Part shown: positions 10,101 through 19,955 of the stretch, in pieces
Numbering within the stretch: position 1 is the stretch's first letter
Layout: the number at the start of each line of letters is the position of its first letter
NCBI GenBank assembly: GCA_963751455.1
Contig: CAVVUN010000015.1
Span: 416,001 to 480,000, forward strand
Direction: 5' to 3'
Length of the DNA stretch: 64,000 bases
From: Nitrospirota bacterium
GTDB taxonomy: Bacteria > Nitrospirota > UBA9217
Notes under the pieces: generated by a model
Seen by the model: only the letters and a program-made list of their open reading frames with translations
Databases searched by the model: none
Told to the model about the DNA's origin: nothing
Translations under genes and position numbers: made by a program

Positions 10101-13100
10101 CCACAGGCTGCTCAGTGTCCGGCAGCATCCTCTCGGTTAAGAATGCAAGCGGCGACTGCATGGTAACAGCGACAAAAGCGGGAGATTCGAACTTCAATGA
10201 AGCGTCCTCTTCAGCGGCAACTGTCGCGCTGCAGAAGGCAAGCCAGGCAACGGTCGCGCTCATTGCTCCGGCAATTCTTACTTACGGAACCACAACGACG
10301 CTCTCGAGCAGCGGCGGCAGCGGCACTGGAGCAGTGTCATACAGCGTTGGTTTCTCCACAGGCTGCTTGGTATCCGACAGCGTCCTCTCGGTTACGAACG
10401 CAAGCGGCGACTGCATGGTAACAGCGACAAAAGCCGGAGACTCGAACTTCAATCAAGCATCCTCTTCAGCGTCAACTGTCATGCTGCAGAAGGCCATCCC
10501 CATCGTGACAGCATGGCCCACAGCAAGCGGGATCACGTACGGGGAGGCGCTATCGCTCTCGACACTGACCGGGGGCAGTCCATTAGTGCCGGGCAGCTTC
10601 GCTTTTACGTCGCCGTCCTTCATACCGAATGCCGGTACCTATAGCGCCTCTGTGTCTTTCACTCCTGCGGACACGACCAACTACAACATTGTATATGGCA
10701 GCGTTTACGTTGTGGTTGCCAAGGTCACGCCGAGCGTGACGACCTTGCCCACGGCGAGCCAAATCACCTACGGGCAGCAACTTTCGGCATCGACACTGAC
10801 AGGGGGCAGTGCATCAGTTTCCGGCAGCTTCGCTTTTACCGTACCGACCACTGCACCCGATGCCGGCGCCTACAGCGCTGCAGTGACCTTTACCCCGACT
10901 GATACCACGAACTACAACCTTGTGAGCGGCAGCGTGGAGGTGGCAATTGCCAGAGCGAACCAGGAAACGCTCTTGGTTATCGCTCCCGGGACTCTTACCT
11001 ACGGGACCACAGCGACGCTCTCAAGCAGCGGCGGCAGCGGGAATGGAGCGGTTTCATACAGTGCGGGCTCCTCCACAGGCTGTTCGGTGTCCGGCAGCAC
11101 TCTCTCTGTTAATAATGCAAGCGGCGATTGCATGGTAACAGCGACAAAAGCCGGAGACGCTAACTACAATGAAGCTACTTCATCAGCGGCAACGGTCGCG
11201 CTGCAGAAGGCAAGCCAGGCAACGGTCGTGCTCATTGCTCCGGCAATTCTTACCTATGGGACCACAACGACGCTCTCGAGCAGCGGCGGCAGCGGCACGG
11301 GAGCAGTGTCATACAGCGTTGGCTCCTCCACAGGCTGTTCGGCGTCCGGCAGCACTCTCTCGGTTACGAACGCAAGCGGCGACTGCATGGTAACAGCGAC
11401 AAAAGCCGGGGATTCGAACTTCAATGAAGCGTCCTCTTCAGCGGCAACGGTCGCGCTGCAGAAGGCAAGCCAGGCAACGGTTGCGATCATCGCTCCCGGA
11501 ATTCTTACCTATGGGACCACAACGACGCTCTCGAGCAGCGGCGGCAGCGGCACGGGAGCAATGTCATACAGCGTTGGCTCCTCCACAGGCTGCTCAGTGT
11601 CCGGCAGCATCCTCTCGGTTACGAATGCAAGCGGCGACTGCATGGTAACAGCGACAAAAGCGGGAGATTCGAACTTCAATGAAGCTACTTCATCAGCTGC
11701 GGCGGTCGCGTTGCAGAAGGCAGACCAGGAAACGCTCTTGGTCCTCGCTCCCGGAATTCTTACCTATGGAACCACAACGACGCTCTCGAGCAGCGGCGGC
11801 AGCGGCACGGGAGCAGTGTCATACAGCGTTGGCTCTTCCACAGGCTGCTCGGTGTCCGGCAGCATCCTCTCGGTTACGAACGCAAGCGGCGACTGCATGG
11901 TAACAGCAACAAAAGCCGGAGACTCTAATTACAATGAAACATCCTCATCTCCGGCCACGGTCTCGCTGCAGAAGGCCGGCCCCATCGTGACAACATGGCC
12001 CACAGCGAGCGGGATCACGTATTTGCAGCCGCTGTCGGCCTCGACGCTTACCGGGGGAAGCGCATCAGTTCCCGGGAGCTTTGCCTTTAGTACGCCAACC
12101 ATGACGCCGACTGCCGGGACTTACAGCGCGCCGGTAAACTTTACGCCTACGATGGAGTACAGAACAAACTATACCACTGTAAGCGGCAGCGTGAATGTTG
12201 CGGTTGCCAGGGCTGACCAGGAAGTATTGACGATCAACGCACCGCCGACTCTTGCCTACGGGAGCACGGCTACCTTGACGACCATGGGCGGCAGCGGCAC
12301 GGGAGTGATATCTTACAGCACCGGCTCCTCGACAGGGTGTTCGGTATCCGGCAGCATTCTTTCGGTAACGGATGCAAGCGGCACATGCTCAATAACAGCG
12401 ACAAAAGCCGGAGATGTGAACTACAACGAAATAACGTCGGAGCAGGCCACGGTCTCCCTGAAGAGATCGAACCAGCAAACGCTCACCATCATCGCTCCCG
12501 GGACTCTTACCTATGGGACCACAGCGACGCTCTCAAGCAGCGGCGGCAGCGGCACGGGAGCGGTGTCATACAGCGTTGGGTCCTCCACAGGCTGCTCAAT
12601 ATCCGGCAGCACCCTCTCGGTTACGAATGCAAGCAGCACCTGCTCTGTTATTGCCATGAAGGCCGCTGACGCTGACTATACTGAAGCCACGTCATCAGCG
12701 GCCACAGTAGTGCTCCAGAAGGCGAACCAGGCAACGCTCTCGGCCATCGCTCCCGGAATTCTTACCTATGGGACCACAACAGCCTTGACAAGCAGCGGCG
12801 GCAGCGGCACGGGAGCGGTCTCATACAGCGCTGGTTCCTCTACAGGGTGCTCGGTGTCCGGCAGCACTCTCTCTGTTAATAATGCAAGCGGCGATTGCAT
12901 GGTAACAGCGACAAAAGCCGGGGATTCGAACTTCAATGAAGCGTCCTCTTCAGCGGCAACGGTCACGCTGCAGAAGGCGAACCAGGCAACGCTCTTGGCC
13001 GTCGCTCCCGGAATCCTTACCTATGGGACCACAGCGACGCTCTCGAGCAGCGGCGGCAGCGGCACTGGAGCGGTGTCATACAGCGTTGGTTCCTCCACAG

Positions 13101-16100
13101 GCTGCTTGGTATCCGGCAGCGTCCTCTCGGTTACGAATGCAAGCGGCACATGCATGGCAACAGCAACAAAAGCCGGGGATTCGAACTTCAATGAAGCGTC
13201 CTCTTCAGCGGCAACAATCACGCTGCAAAAGGCAGAACAGCAAACGCTCCTGGTCATTGCTCCCGAAACCCTTACATACGGGAACACGGCGACTTTGACG
13301 AGCAGCGGAGGCAGCGGCACGGGGGCTGTGTCATACAGCGCGGGTTCCTCAACAGGGTGTTCGGTGTCAGGCAGCATCCTTTCGGTAACGGATGCAAGCG
13401 GCACCTGCTCGGTGACAGCAACGAAATCGGTTGATAATAACTACAACGCAGTCGCCTCATCTTCAGCGACAATAACGCTGCAGAAGGCGATCCCTATCGT
13501 CACAGCATGGCCCACTGCAAGCGGTATCACTTACGGACAGCAGCTTTCCGCTTCGACGCTGAGCGGCGGCAGCGCATCGGTACCAGGCAGCTTTGCCTTC
13601 GCCGCGCCGTCTACGATACCGAATGCCGGTGTCTACAGTGCCGAGGTCACCTTTACGCCCATGGACACGATCAACTACAACACTGTGATCGGCACCGTGA
13701 ATGTTACAGTTGCCAGGGCAGACCAGGCAACGCTCTTGGTCATCGCTCCCGGAACTCTTACCTACGGGAGTACGGCAAGCTTGACCATCAACGGCGGCAG
13801 CGGTACGGGGGTTGTATCGTACAGTGTTGGTTCCTCGACAGGGTGCTCGGTATCCGGCAGCATTCTGTCGGTGACGAATGCAAGCGGCACATGCATGGTA
13901 ACAGCGTCGAAAGCCGCAGACAGCAACTATAATGCTGCAGCTTCATCCCCGGCCACAGTCTCACTGCTGAAAGCAGACCAGACAGCGCTCCTGGTCATCT
14001 CTCCCGCAAGCGTTACCTATGGGAGCACAGCGACCTTGACGAGCAGCGGCGGCAGCGGCATGGGAGCAGTGTCATACAGCGCCGGTTCTTCCACGGGGTG
14101 CTCGGTGTCCGGCAGCATTCTCTCAGTTACGAACGCAGGCGGCACGTGTTCAATAACAGCAACAAAGGCCGGAGATCCCAACTACAATGAAGCGTCCTCT
14201 TTAGCAGCCACGGTCATGCTGCGGAAAGCCAACCAGGCAGCGCTCGCGGTCATCGCTCCCGGAAGTCTTACCTATGGGACCACAACAGCCTTGACAAGCA
14301 GCGGCGGCAGCGGCACGGGAGCGGTCTCATACAGCGCTGGTTCTTCCACAGGGTGCTCGGTTTCCGGCAGCACTCTCTCGGTTACAAATGCAAGCGCCAC
14401 TTGCATGGCAACAGCGACAAAAGCCGGCGATTCCAACTACAATGAAGCGTCCTCTTTACCGGCCACGGTCACGCTGCAGAAGGCCAACCAGGAAACGCTC
14501 CTGGTCATTGCTTCTGCAACCCTTGTATACGGAAACACCTCAGGCCTGATGAGCAGCGGCGGCAGCGGGGATGGAGCGGTAACTTACAGTGCGGGTTCCT
14601 CCACAGGCTGTTCGGTGTCCGGCGGCATTCTCTCGGTTACGAACGCAGGCGGCACGTGTTCAATAACAGCAACAAAGGCCGGAGATCCCAACTACAATGA
14701 AGCGTCCTCTTCAGCAGCCACGGTCACGCTGCAGAAGGCAGAACAGCAAACGCTCCTGGTCATTGCTCCCGAAACCCTTACATACGGGAACACGGCGACT
14801 CTGACGAAGAGCGGAGGCAGCGGCACGGGCGCGGTGTCATACAGCGCGGGTTCCTCAACAGGCTGTTCGGTGTCAGGCAGCATCCTTTCGGTAACGGACG
14901 CAAGCGGCACCTGCACGGTGACAGCAACGAAAGCCGGAGACACCAACTATAATACAATAACTTCGCCGGAGGACACAATTTCCCTGCAAAAAGCGACGCC
15001 CACCGTGACGATATGGCCCCTGGCAAGCGGAATCACATATGGGCAGCAGCTTTCGGCCTCCACACTGACAAGCGGAAGCGGATCTATCCCGGGCAACTTC
15101 GGCTTCACTACGTCGGCTACAGCACCGAATGCCGGCATATACAGCGCAGCGGTTACCTTCACTCCCACGGATATGACGAATTACCTCACCGTAACCGGCT
15201 ACGTATATGTTGCGGTTGCAAGGGCGACGCCGACAATCACCTGGAATAACCCTGCGGACATCACCTATGGAACGGCCCTGGCCGGAGCTGAGTTGAATGC
15301 AGCCGCATCAGTACCCGGCACGCTCATCTATACCCCGGCTGCCGGTGTTGTGCTCACTGCGGCCGGCAACCAGACATTATCGGTGAACTTTACGCCGATT
15401 GACACGAGCAATTACAACGTCGCCTCGGCAACCGTCAGAATCAACGTGTTAAAGGCAGCAGCGACAGTGACGTTAGGCAATCTGAGCCGGATATATGACA
15501 CGACAGCCAGGAATGCCACAGGCACAACGGACCCGGCAGGGCTGACGATCGCGTTCACCTACAATGGCTCAGCCACACCGCCGATCAACGCAGGAAGTTA
15601 CACGGTGGTAGGAACAATCGAAGACACCAATTACCAGGGCAGTACAACCGGCACGATGACCATAGCAAAGGCGACCCCCACCGTGACGACATGGCCCCTG
15701 GCCGGCGAAATCACATACACGCAGCGGCTTTCCGCCTCGACGCTGAGCGGCGGCAGCGCATCGGCACCCGGCAGCTTTGCCTTCGCCGCGCCGTCTACAA
15801 TGCCGAATGCCGGCGTCTACAGCGCCGCGGTCGCCTTCGCGCCCATGGACACGATCAACTACAACACGGTGAGCGGCAGCGTGGACATTACGGTTTCGAA
15901 GGCGACTCCTGTTCTCACATGGAATAACCCTGGGGACATCACATATGGAGCGGCCCTGGGCGGAGCACAGTTGAATGCGACTGCATCAGTGCCGGGCAGC
16001 TTCATATACACACCCGCTGCCGGCACCGTCCTTCCGGCAGGCAACAGCCGGACATTATCCGCGGAGTTTACTCCGAGCGATACGAGTAACTACGACACCG

Positions 16101-18154
16101 TATCGGCAAGCGCTACAATCAACGTCTTAAAGGCAATTGCCGCAGTGACCTTAGACAACCTGGGCCATACGTACAACAGCACAGCCAAAAATGCAACAGC
16201 CGCAACAAATCCGGCTGGACTCACGGTCGCGTTCACCTATGATAGTTTGCCTACAGCGCCCACGAACGCCGGGAGCTACACCGTGGTGGGAACAATCGAA
16301 GACGAAAATTACCGGGGCAGCGCCGCCGGCACGATGACCATAGCAAAGGCGACCCCCGACGTGACGACATGGCCTCTGACAAGCGGAATCACATACACGC
16401 AGCAGCTTTCCGCCTCGACGCTGAGCGGCGGCAGCGCATCAATACCCGGCAGCTTTGCCTTCACCGCGCCGTCTACGATACCGAATGCCGGCGCCTACAG
16501 CGCTGCCGTCACATTCACGCCCACTGACGCCGCAAACTACAACACGGTAAACGGCAATGTGATTGTTGAAGTTGCCAGGGCAGACCAGGCAGCGCTGAGG
16601 GTAAGCGCTCCTGCAAGCCTTGCCTACGGAAACACGGCGACCTTGACAAGCAGCGGAGGCAGCGGTACGGGGCTTGTATCGTACAATGTTGGATCCTCGA
16701 CAGGCTGCTCGGTATCCGGCAACGTTGTCACCATTATAGCCGCAACCGGCACCTGTTGGGTAACGGCGGCGAAAGCGGCTGAGAGCAACTACAATGCAGC
16801 CATTTCACCGGCGGTTACCATTGTACCTCAGAAAGCCGGCCAGACGATTACATTCGGCGCGGTTACGGGCAAGATGTACGGAGATGCGCCGTTTATGGAT
16901 CCCGTAAGCTCAAATTCAGGCCTCGCTGTAAGCCTTATCAGCCTTACCGGCGATGTTTGTACGGCAGCCGATAATACCGTTACAATCCATGCTGCGGGAA
17001 CATGCACGCTCGAGGCTTCCCAGGGCGGAAATACGAACTATAATGCCGCACCCATCGTGAAACAGTCTTTCACGGTTGCCAAGGCCAACCAGGCTATCAC
17101 CTTCGGTTCGCTCCCCGGCAAGACAGTCGGAGACCCGGACTTCGCCCCAGGCGCTACGGCCAGCTCGGGGCTTCCGGTCTCCTACGCGAGCTCGCTCACG
17201 CAAATAGCGACGATCGTGGACGGAAACATTCATATATTGAAACCGGGGACAACGACGATCATTGCGTTCCAGGACGGTGACATGAATTATAACGCAGCGC
17301 CAAGCGTACAGCAGAGTTTTACGGTAAGTAACATAGCATCATTCATCGGCGGCGGCACGGGGGGGCGTGGTCGTTCTCATTGGCTAACATGGAGCGGGGA
17401 CCCATCGAGGGATAATACGATCAATTTTTACACTAAATTACTTTGCCCGTATGGCGACGCCTGTTCTTATAACTGGAACTTCGGCGATCCGGACTCGGGT
17501 CCGGCAAATACAACGACAGGGAGAACCGTCTTCCATACATTCAGCAGTTTCGGCACTTATAAGGTGATATTGAGTGTTACTGATGGCAGCAGGAGCCATA
17601 TGTACACTACTTCGGTATTCGTTAATACGAAACCGCTGGTGTCTCATGGTCCGATAACTACAGATCTCTATACCATAAGCTTTATTGACAAATCTTTATC
17701 CACAGATGGTGTAGCTCTGCCGAATAATGCAGTTACCGTATTTTGGGGGGACGGTGCGGTCTCACGGCAGAATGCGGGCACTGTTTTCACGCATACCTAC
17801 AAAAAGGCAAGAAAATTCAACGTCCTCCATACCGTGACCGACTCGGGAGATGAGCAGGGTCGAAGGAAGTTGAGGACTATCGAGAGGATAATGGTGTCGG
17901 TGCCCCAGAAGTTTACTGTGGAGGGGACTGTCAGCAAGAGAGGTGAAGGTCTTCCCCACGTGATTGTGTCGCTCACGTATAACGGGCGTACAAGGGCCAC
18001 TGCGAGGACAGATGCAAGCGGTAATTACATTTTCAAGAATGTTCTGCCGGGTGTGTATACGATAAAGGCATACAAGTATAACACGACCTTCTCGGACTTG
18101 CCGGATTCCATCACCGTGAATGCGGGTACGATATTAAACTTTACCGCACAATAG
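7181..18154 (+). CDS. Giant secreted S8 (subtilisin/thermitase-like) serine protease with Ig/MBG-like repeat stalk, PKD-like domains and C-terminal carboxypeptidase-regulatory-like domain
   Basis: Signal peptide; triad VAVLDTG / NGHGT / TGTSAS; many TYG-containing repeats; WNFGD and VFWGDG PKD signatures; TDASGNYIFKNVLPGVYTI. Confidence 0.88.
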   Translation: MKIISLIYPRKSGWNHGRSITLIILVALLSLGAVFVPSAEASDETASLLVKMKNGLSPQEQAAVISRNGGTEKSSIPALRLHVVQIPANVLSTALSSYQFDSQVERAEINQTRKSEAMPSDPRYNEQWALPQISWDQVYGSVTTSGTATVAVLDTGIDASHPDLSGVLVPGTSILDLSTGMTDSNGHGTWMAGIIAAVPNTEGIAGVAFSGVRVMPVAVLGEDGTGWDSDIIAGVMYAADHGADVILMGFSNPGFSQGLQDAIDYAWSKNAVLVAATGNDRSGTPTYPAGDRGVVGVSATNAEDILADFSNYGEDAFLAAPGTNILTTNLTGTYTPYTPVTGTSASAAIVAGVAAFMRAVDPSLTNGVIVGRLAGTADPAGSENQTGNGRVNMARAVSSTATESIQPVGIPGGGPILGPYVAGALVLRNVTLGSQNGTLASGTPGSVTFALTVTKVGGSGNAALTVTTPLPAGTSVSFSPDPLVFLDNGNYTETCTLTISTLSSTAASTTTFTLQTAASNAVTATGTLTIVKGTPIITWANPDNITYGTPLGDTQLNASASVSGTPSVPGSFSYTPAGGTVLSAGSGQGLHADFSPAEPNNYNTASADVQINVLKAPATVTLGNLSQTYDGTARNATATTSPEGLNVTFTYNGLSIAPNNAGTYTVIGTINETNYAGSATGTMIIDMVTPSVTTWPTASGITYGQPLSASSLTGGSASVSGSFAFTVPTTAPDAGAYSAAVTFTPTDTTNYNLVSGSVEVAIARANQETLLVIAPGTLTYGTTATLSSSGGSGNGAVSYSAGSSTGCSVSGSTLFVNNASGDCMVTATKAGDANYNEATSSAATVALQKASQATVALIAPAILTYGTTTTLSSSGGSGTGAVSYSVGSSTGCSASGSTLSVTNASGDCMVTATKAGDSNFNEASSSAATVALQKASQATVAIIAPGILTYGTTTTLSSSGGSGTGAMSYSVGSSTGCSVSGSILSVKNASGDCMVTATKAGDSNFNEASSSAATVALQKASQATVALIAPAILTYGTTTTLSSSGGSGTGAVSYSVGFSTGCLVSDSVLSVTNASGDCMVTATKAGDSNFNQASSSASTVMLQKAIPIVTAWPTASGITYGEALSLSTLTGGSPLVPGSFAFTSPSFIPNAGTYSASVSFTPADTTNYNIVYGSVYVVVAKVTPSVTTLPTASQITYGQQLSASTLTGGSASVSGSFAFTVPTTAPDAGAYSAAVTFTPTDTTNYNLVSGSVEVAIARANQETLLVIAPGTLTYGTTATLSSSGGSGNGAVSYSAGSSTGCSVSGSTLSVNNASGDCMVTATKAGDANYNEATSSAATVALQKASQATVVLIAPAILTYGTTTTLSSSGGSGTGAVSYSVGSSTGCSASGSTLSVTNASGDCMVTATKAGDSNFNEASSSAATVALQKASQATVAIIAPGILTYGTTTTLSSSGGSGTGAMSYSVGSSTGCSVSGSILSVTNASGDCMVTATKAGDSNFNEATSSAAAVALQKADQETLLVLAPGILTYGTTTTLSSSGGSGTGAVSYSVGSSTGCSVSGSILSVTNASGDCMVTATKAGDSNYNETSSSPATVSLQKAGPIVTTWPTASGITYLQPLSASTLTGGSASVPGSFAFSTPTMTPTAGTYSAPVNFTPTMEYRTNYTTVSGSVNVAVARADQEVLTINAPPTLAYGSTATLTTMGGSGTGVISYSTGSSTGCSVSGSILSVTDASGTCSITATKAGDVNYNEITSEQATVSLKRSNQQTLTIIAPGTLTYGTTATLSSSGGSGTGAVSYSVGSSTGCSISGSTLSVTNASSTCSVIAMKAADADYTEATSSAATVVLQKANQATLSAIAPGILTYGTTTALTSSGGSGTGAVSYSAGSSTGCSVSGSTLSVNNASGDCMVTATKAGDSNFNEASSSAATVTLQKANQATLLAVAPGILTYGTTATLSSSGGSGTGAVSYSVGSSTGCLVSGSVLSVTNASGTCMATATKAGDSNFNEASSSAATITLQKAEQQTLLVIAPETLTYGNTATLTSSGGSGTGAVSYSAGSSTGCSVSGSILSVTDASGTCSVTATKSVDNNYNAVASSSATITLQKAIPIVTAWPTASGITYGQQLSASTLSGGSASVPGSFAFAAPSTIPNAGVYSAEVTFTPMDTINYNTVIGTVNVTVARADQATLLVIAPGTLTYGSTASLTINGGSGTGVVSYSVGSSTGCSVSGSILSVTNASGTCMVTASKAADSNYNAAASSPATVSLLKADQTALLVISPASVTYGSTATLTSSGGSGMGAVSYSAGSSTGCSVSGSILSVTNAGGTCSITATKAGDPNYNEASSLAATVMLRKANQAALAVIAPGSLTYGTTTALTSSGGSGTGAVSYSAGSSTGCSVSGSTLSVTNASATCMATATKAGDSNYNEASSLPATVTLQKANQETLLVIASATLVYGNTSGLMSSGGSGDGAVTYSAGSSTGCSVSGGILSVTNAGGTCSITATKAGDPNYNEASSSAATVTLQKAEQQTLLVIAPETLTYGNTATLTKSGGSGTGAVSYSAGSSTGCSVSGSILSVTDASGTCTVTATKAGDTNYNTITSPEDTISLQKATPTVTIWPLASGITYGQQLSASTLTSGSGSIPGNFGFTTSATAPNAGIYSAAVTFTPTDMTNYLTVTGYVYVAVARATPTITWNNPADITYGTALAGAELNAAASVPGTLIYTPAAGVVLTAAGNQTLSVNFTPIDTSNYNVASATVRINVLKAAATVTLGNLSRIYDTTARNATGTTDPAGLTIAFTYNGSATPPINAGSYTVVGTIEDTNYQGSTTGTMTIAKATPTVTTWPLAGEITYTQRLSASTLSGGSASAPGSFAFAAPSTMPNAGVYSAAVAFAPMDTINYNTVSGSVDITVSKATPVLTWNNPGDITYGAALGGAQLNATASVPGSFIYTPAAGTVLPAGNSRTLSAEFTPSDTSNYDTVSASATINVLKAIAAVTLDNLGHTYNSTAKNATAATNPAGLTVAFTYDSLPTAPTNAGSYTVVGTIEDENYRGSAAGTMTIAKATPDVTTWPLTSGITYTQQLSASTLSGGSASIPGSFAFTAPSTIPNAGAYSAAVTFTPTDAANYNTVNGNVIVEVARADQAALRVSAPASLAYGNTATLTSSGGSGTGLVSYNVGSSTGCSVSGNVVTIIAATGTCWVTAAKAAESNYNAAISPAVTIVPQKAGQTITFGAVTGKMYGDAPFMDPVSSNSGLAVSLISLTGDVCTAADNTVTIHAAGTCTLEASQGGNTNYNAAPIVKQSFTVAKANQAITFGSLPGKTVGDPDFAPGATASSGLPVSYASSLTQIATIVDGNIHILKPGTTTIIAFQDGDMNYNAAPSVQQSFTVSNIASFIGGGTGGRGRSHWLTWSGDPSRDNTINFYTKLLCPYGDACSYNWNFGDPDSGPANTTTGRTVFHTFSSFGTYKVILSVTDGSRSHMYTTSVFVNTKPLVSHGPITTDLYTISFIDKSLSTDGVALPNNAVTVFWGDGAVSRQNAGTVFTHTYKKARKFNVLHTVTDSGDEQGRRKLRTIERIMVSVPQKFTVEGTVSKRGEGLPHVIVSLTYNGRTRATARTDASGNYIFKNVLPGVYTIKAYKYNTTFSDLPDSITVNAGTILNFTAQ
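9470..16830 (+). repeat. Intragenic 255-nt (85-aa) repeat, 19 copies by my count, with a higher-order 1482-nt duplication
   Basis: Unit ...TYGTTTTLSSSGGSGTGAVSYSVGSSTGC...DCMVTATKAGDSNFN; near-identical alternative-frame ORFs at 9465 and 10947. Confidence 0.9.
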
Positions 18155-18220
18155 GTTCATTCGCACATATTTTTATAGCCAAGAGAACTCATTGCCTATG
18201 CGGCTTGCGCTTTGCGCCCC

Positions 18221-19228
18221 CTATTCCCACCTGAAAATGTAGGAACCGACCGACAGAAAAAGCGCCGACATAACGAGCAGTATCCAGATGTGCGGAGCGA
18301 TTTCGGCAAGTCCCGCTCCTTCCGTCATGACGGCCCGGGCGCCGTCCACAAGGTGGGTCAGCGGCAGGAACCACGCAATTTTTGCCACGATCGGGTTCGT
18401 GCCTTCCAGAGAGAACCATACCCCCGAGAGCAGCATCATGGGCCATGTGATTACGTTCAGAATGCCGTTTGCAAGCTCTTCACTCGAGAACCGCGCTGCC
18501 ACGAGCAGGCCCAGGCAAATCAGGCATATCGCGCCTGCAACGGAGATGAGCAGCAGGTCCATGTACGAACCGCGCATCTGGAAATGGATAAAGTAATTGC
18601 ATCCTGCGTACACGCCCGCTGCCACGATCTGCGTCAGCAGAAGCCGCGACACCATCTGGGCGAGCAGAAATTCGAACGGGGTCAGCGGCGTTGCCTTGAG
18701 CCTCTTCAGGAAGCCGTTCTTGCGGTATCTCACGATCACGTAGCCGACGCCGAACAGACAGCTGAACATCATATTCATGGCGAGGATACCCGGGACGACC
18801 CAGTCGACGTAGCGTATCTCGCGTCCGCGCACGGTAAACCGCCGGTATTCCGAATGGGACGCCCCATTGAGCAGGCGTTCCAGCACATACCCGTTCGGGG
18901 AATTTTCATTGATCCAGTACCGTTTGACGCCTTGCACGTCCACGAGCATGTCGAGTTGGAAATGCTCCACCTTGTCGACCGCCTTCTCGAGGTTCTCGAC
19001 CGGGATGAATTGAATATACTGCATTTGCAAAAATGAAGAGTCGCGGCCCGTTACGGCCGCCCGATCGCCGACAACTCCGACCTTGAACATGGCTTTCGGC
19101 GGACCGCTGAAAACGAAGGCAAAGCCCAGCACGAGCAGGACCGGGAAGACGACGCTCCAGCCGAACGTGGACCTGTCGCGGAGAAACTCCATGTTGCGCG
19201 CGTGCAGTATGGCGAGAAAACGTTTCAT
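18221..19228 (-). CDS. ABC-2 type exporter permease
   Basis: YVDWVVPGILAM, LKRLKATPL, FLPLTHLVDGARAVM; multiple TM helices. Confidence 0.9.
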   Translation of the reverse strand: MKRFLAILHARNMEFLRDRSTFGWSVVFPVLLVLGFAFVFSGPPKAMFKVGVVGDRAAVTGRDSSFLQMQYIQFIPVENLEKAVDKVEHFQLDMLVDVQGVKRYWINENSPNGYVLERLLNGASHSEYRRFTVRGREIRYVDWVVPGILAMNMMFSCLFGVGYVIVRYRKNGFLKRLKATPLTPFEFLLAQMVSRLLLTQIVAAGVYAGCNYFIHFQMRGSYMDLLLISVAGAICLICLGLLVAARFSSEELANGILNVITWPMMLLSGVWFSLEGTNPIVAKIAWFLPLTHLVDGARAVMTEGAGLAEIAPHIWILLVMSALFLSVGSYIFRWE

Positions 19229-19431
19229 GCTAACCTCGTAATCAATCAGCCACACCCCGCACTCGCGCAGAATGCACTCCTTGCGCCGGGTGCAGGCGGA
19301 TGGACACGGATCGACTGGGATGAGGACCGAGAATCCGGTTTGCCGCGAATGATCTCGAATAAAAGCGAATTAATTGTGAAATCATGAATTACTTTGAGAA
19401 CTTTGCAGTTGTTTTCTTTTCATCTTTTATT

Positions 19432-19955
19432 CGCGAATATCCGCGTTCATTCGCGGCATGGTAGTTTTCGCTTTTATCCGTGTATTTCAGTGTTTATCCG
19501 TGGCAAAAAAGAATTTAGCTTCTTAGTCCTTTTCCCGTCAATGCAATGAACAGGTCCTCAAGGCTCCAGGAGCGCATATTCATCCGGTTCAGTGAGACGC
19601 CCCGTTCGATAAGCGTCCTGATTGTTCCGTCCACATCGTTCGTCTGGATTTCGCACCAGCCCAATGCACTCCTTGCGCCGGGTGCAGGCGGATGGACACG
19701 GATGAGGACCGAGAATCCGGTTTGCCGCGAATATCCGCGTTCATTCGCGGCATGGTAGTTTTCGCTTTTATCCATGTATTTCAGTGTTTATCCGTGGCAA
19801 AAAAGAATTTAGCTTCTTAGTCCTTTTCCCGTCAAGGCAATGAACAGGTCCTCAAGGCTCCAGGAGCGCATATTCATCCGGTTCAGTGAGACGCCCCGTT
19901 CGATAAGCGTCCTGATTGTTCCGTCCACATCGTTCGTCTGGATTTCGCACCAGCC
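19432..19955. repeat. 294-bp tandem duplication covering the 3' end of the ABC ATPase gene and REP-like DNA
   Basis: 19432-19661 nearly identical to 19726-19955. Confidence 0.9.

Noticed and set aside
9465-16044. Many repeated short alternative-frame and antisense ORFs
   Set aside because: Shadows of the repeat-rich giant CDS
9470-16830. Regular repeats as a CRISPR array
   Set aside because: 255-nt in-frame coding repeats with no unique spacers and no cas genes
19515-19775. 86-aa ORF as a separate gene
   Set aside because: It is the duplicated 3' end of the ABC ATPase joined to repeat DNA
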